A stretch of 37,318 nt of DNA from Planctomycetota bacterium (GTDB lineage: Bacteria > Planctomycetota > UBA1135 > UBA2386), in assembly GCA_947501605.1 (NCBI GenBank), contig CANMWZ010000041.1:1-37318 (forward strand). Direction: 5' to 3'. The translations under genes and the position numbers were made by a program. The notes under the pieces are model-generated. The model saw nothing but the letters and a program-made list of their open reading frames with translations. It was not told where the DNA came from and did not search any database. Position 1 is the stretch's first letter. Every line of letters starts with the position of its first letter. Below are positions 36,679 through 37,318 of this stretch, in pieces.

Positions 36679-36974
36679 TGAGCGCGCGGCATAGTGATGC
36701 GTCGATTTGTGAATCACGCGTGGGAATTGGGGCGTGCATCGCTTCTATTGCGATTGGGCCCGGCATCATGCTCGCCTGTCTAATTGTCGGTCGACTCTTT
36801 GGTGCGGATGGAGATCTAGGAATACTCTTGGTCGGCGTGTGTTTCTGCGCGTACTGCGTTGCCTTGTTCGCGTGCGTTCTCGCGCTAATTTACGCTCGGC
36901 GTGGGTGGTGGCTACTTGCTGTGCTCTTGGCTTTGTACGAATCGTGGTTCCTGAGCGGGTTCATGGGCGCGTGA
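36678..36974 (+). CDS. Small membrane protein (~3 TM), candidate immunity protein
   Basis: TAATG stop/start overlap with the previous gene; three hydrophobic segments; atypical codon usage. Confidence 0.6.
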   Translation: MSARHSDASICESRVGIGACIASIAIGPGIMLACLIVGRLFGADGDLGILLVGVCFCAYCVALFACVLALIYARRGWWLLAVLLALYESWFLSGFMGA

Positions 36975-37029
36975 GGGCCGCGCGAACGGAGATTGCATAC
37001 ATGGCAATAACAGCAATCTGCTACTCGTA

Positions 37030-37318
37030 CTACGGAGTGCCGCCGAGGTAACGCTCGAGCGTCCAGAGGATCTTCTTCGAGCCCCACGTCGGGTGCGCTT
37101 TGCGTACTCGCAGGATCGCTCCTTCGACCTCTGGCTTGGTCTGGTTTGGGTGCGACTTCGGCGTGCGAGATCCGTCCTTCCGGCCCGCCAGGCCGAGCTC
37201 GGCGTGCCTCGTCAGCATCTTGTCGCCGGTCTTGTGGTTGATCCCGTACGGGGCACAGCGCGCTCATCGACACCTCGCGCCGCAGTGCGGCTTGGACCAA
37301 CTTTCGTCGCTCCATCTC
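37030..37318 (-). mobile_element. IS481-family-like transposase remnant (frameshifted, truncated)
   Basis: One frame gives ERRKLV...SMSALC, another continues YGINHKTGDKML...G-x-x-G-x-x-D-x-SRTP-x-SHP...ILRVRKAHPTWGSKKI, then stops before any DDE domain. Confidence 0.8.

Noticed and set aside
36890..37315. 141-aa ORF as an intact gene
   Set aside because: Only the first ~21 codons are transposase-like; the rest is out-of-frame read-through.

Overview
High-GC bacterial DNA, very likely Planctomycetota: it carries the PVC-type DUF1501 / PPC-domain / DUF1549-DUF1553 / cytochrome c-WD40 cluster. About 30 protein genes; I saw no RNA genes or CRISPR arrays. 1-12.3 kb holds mixed enzymes (deoxyhypusine-synthase family, GT4, a 2-hydroxyacid dehydrogenase with a lipoprotein signal, TlpA, DUF1579-like, SDR, GH63-like). 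12.5-26 kb is a minus-strand run of envelope genes: chalcone-isomerase-like and lipocalin lipoproteins, a large beta-sandwich protein with Met/Gly-rich inserts, radical SAM/SPASM, PepSY-TM, an ABC-HlyD-TolC exporter with a degenerate ATPase site, an SGNH hydrolase and an HExxH peptidase. 26.2-34.2 kb is the planctomycete four-gene cluster. The most interesting part is 34.2-37.3 kb: an ECF-sigma-like gene put out of frame within a 7-bp tandem repeat just after its start codon, divergent from two small paralogous beta-rich genes, a Cys-rich ORF with an Ntox44-like motif, a coupled membrane protein (candidate immunity) and an IS481-type remnant. This may be an undescribed, possibly phase-variable toxin module. 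All family calls come from motif recognition by eye; no searches were run.
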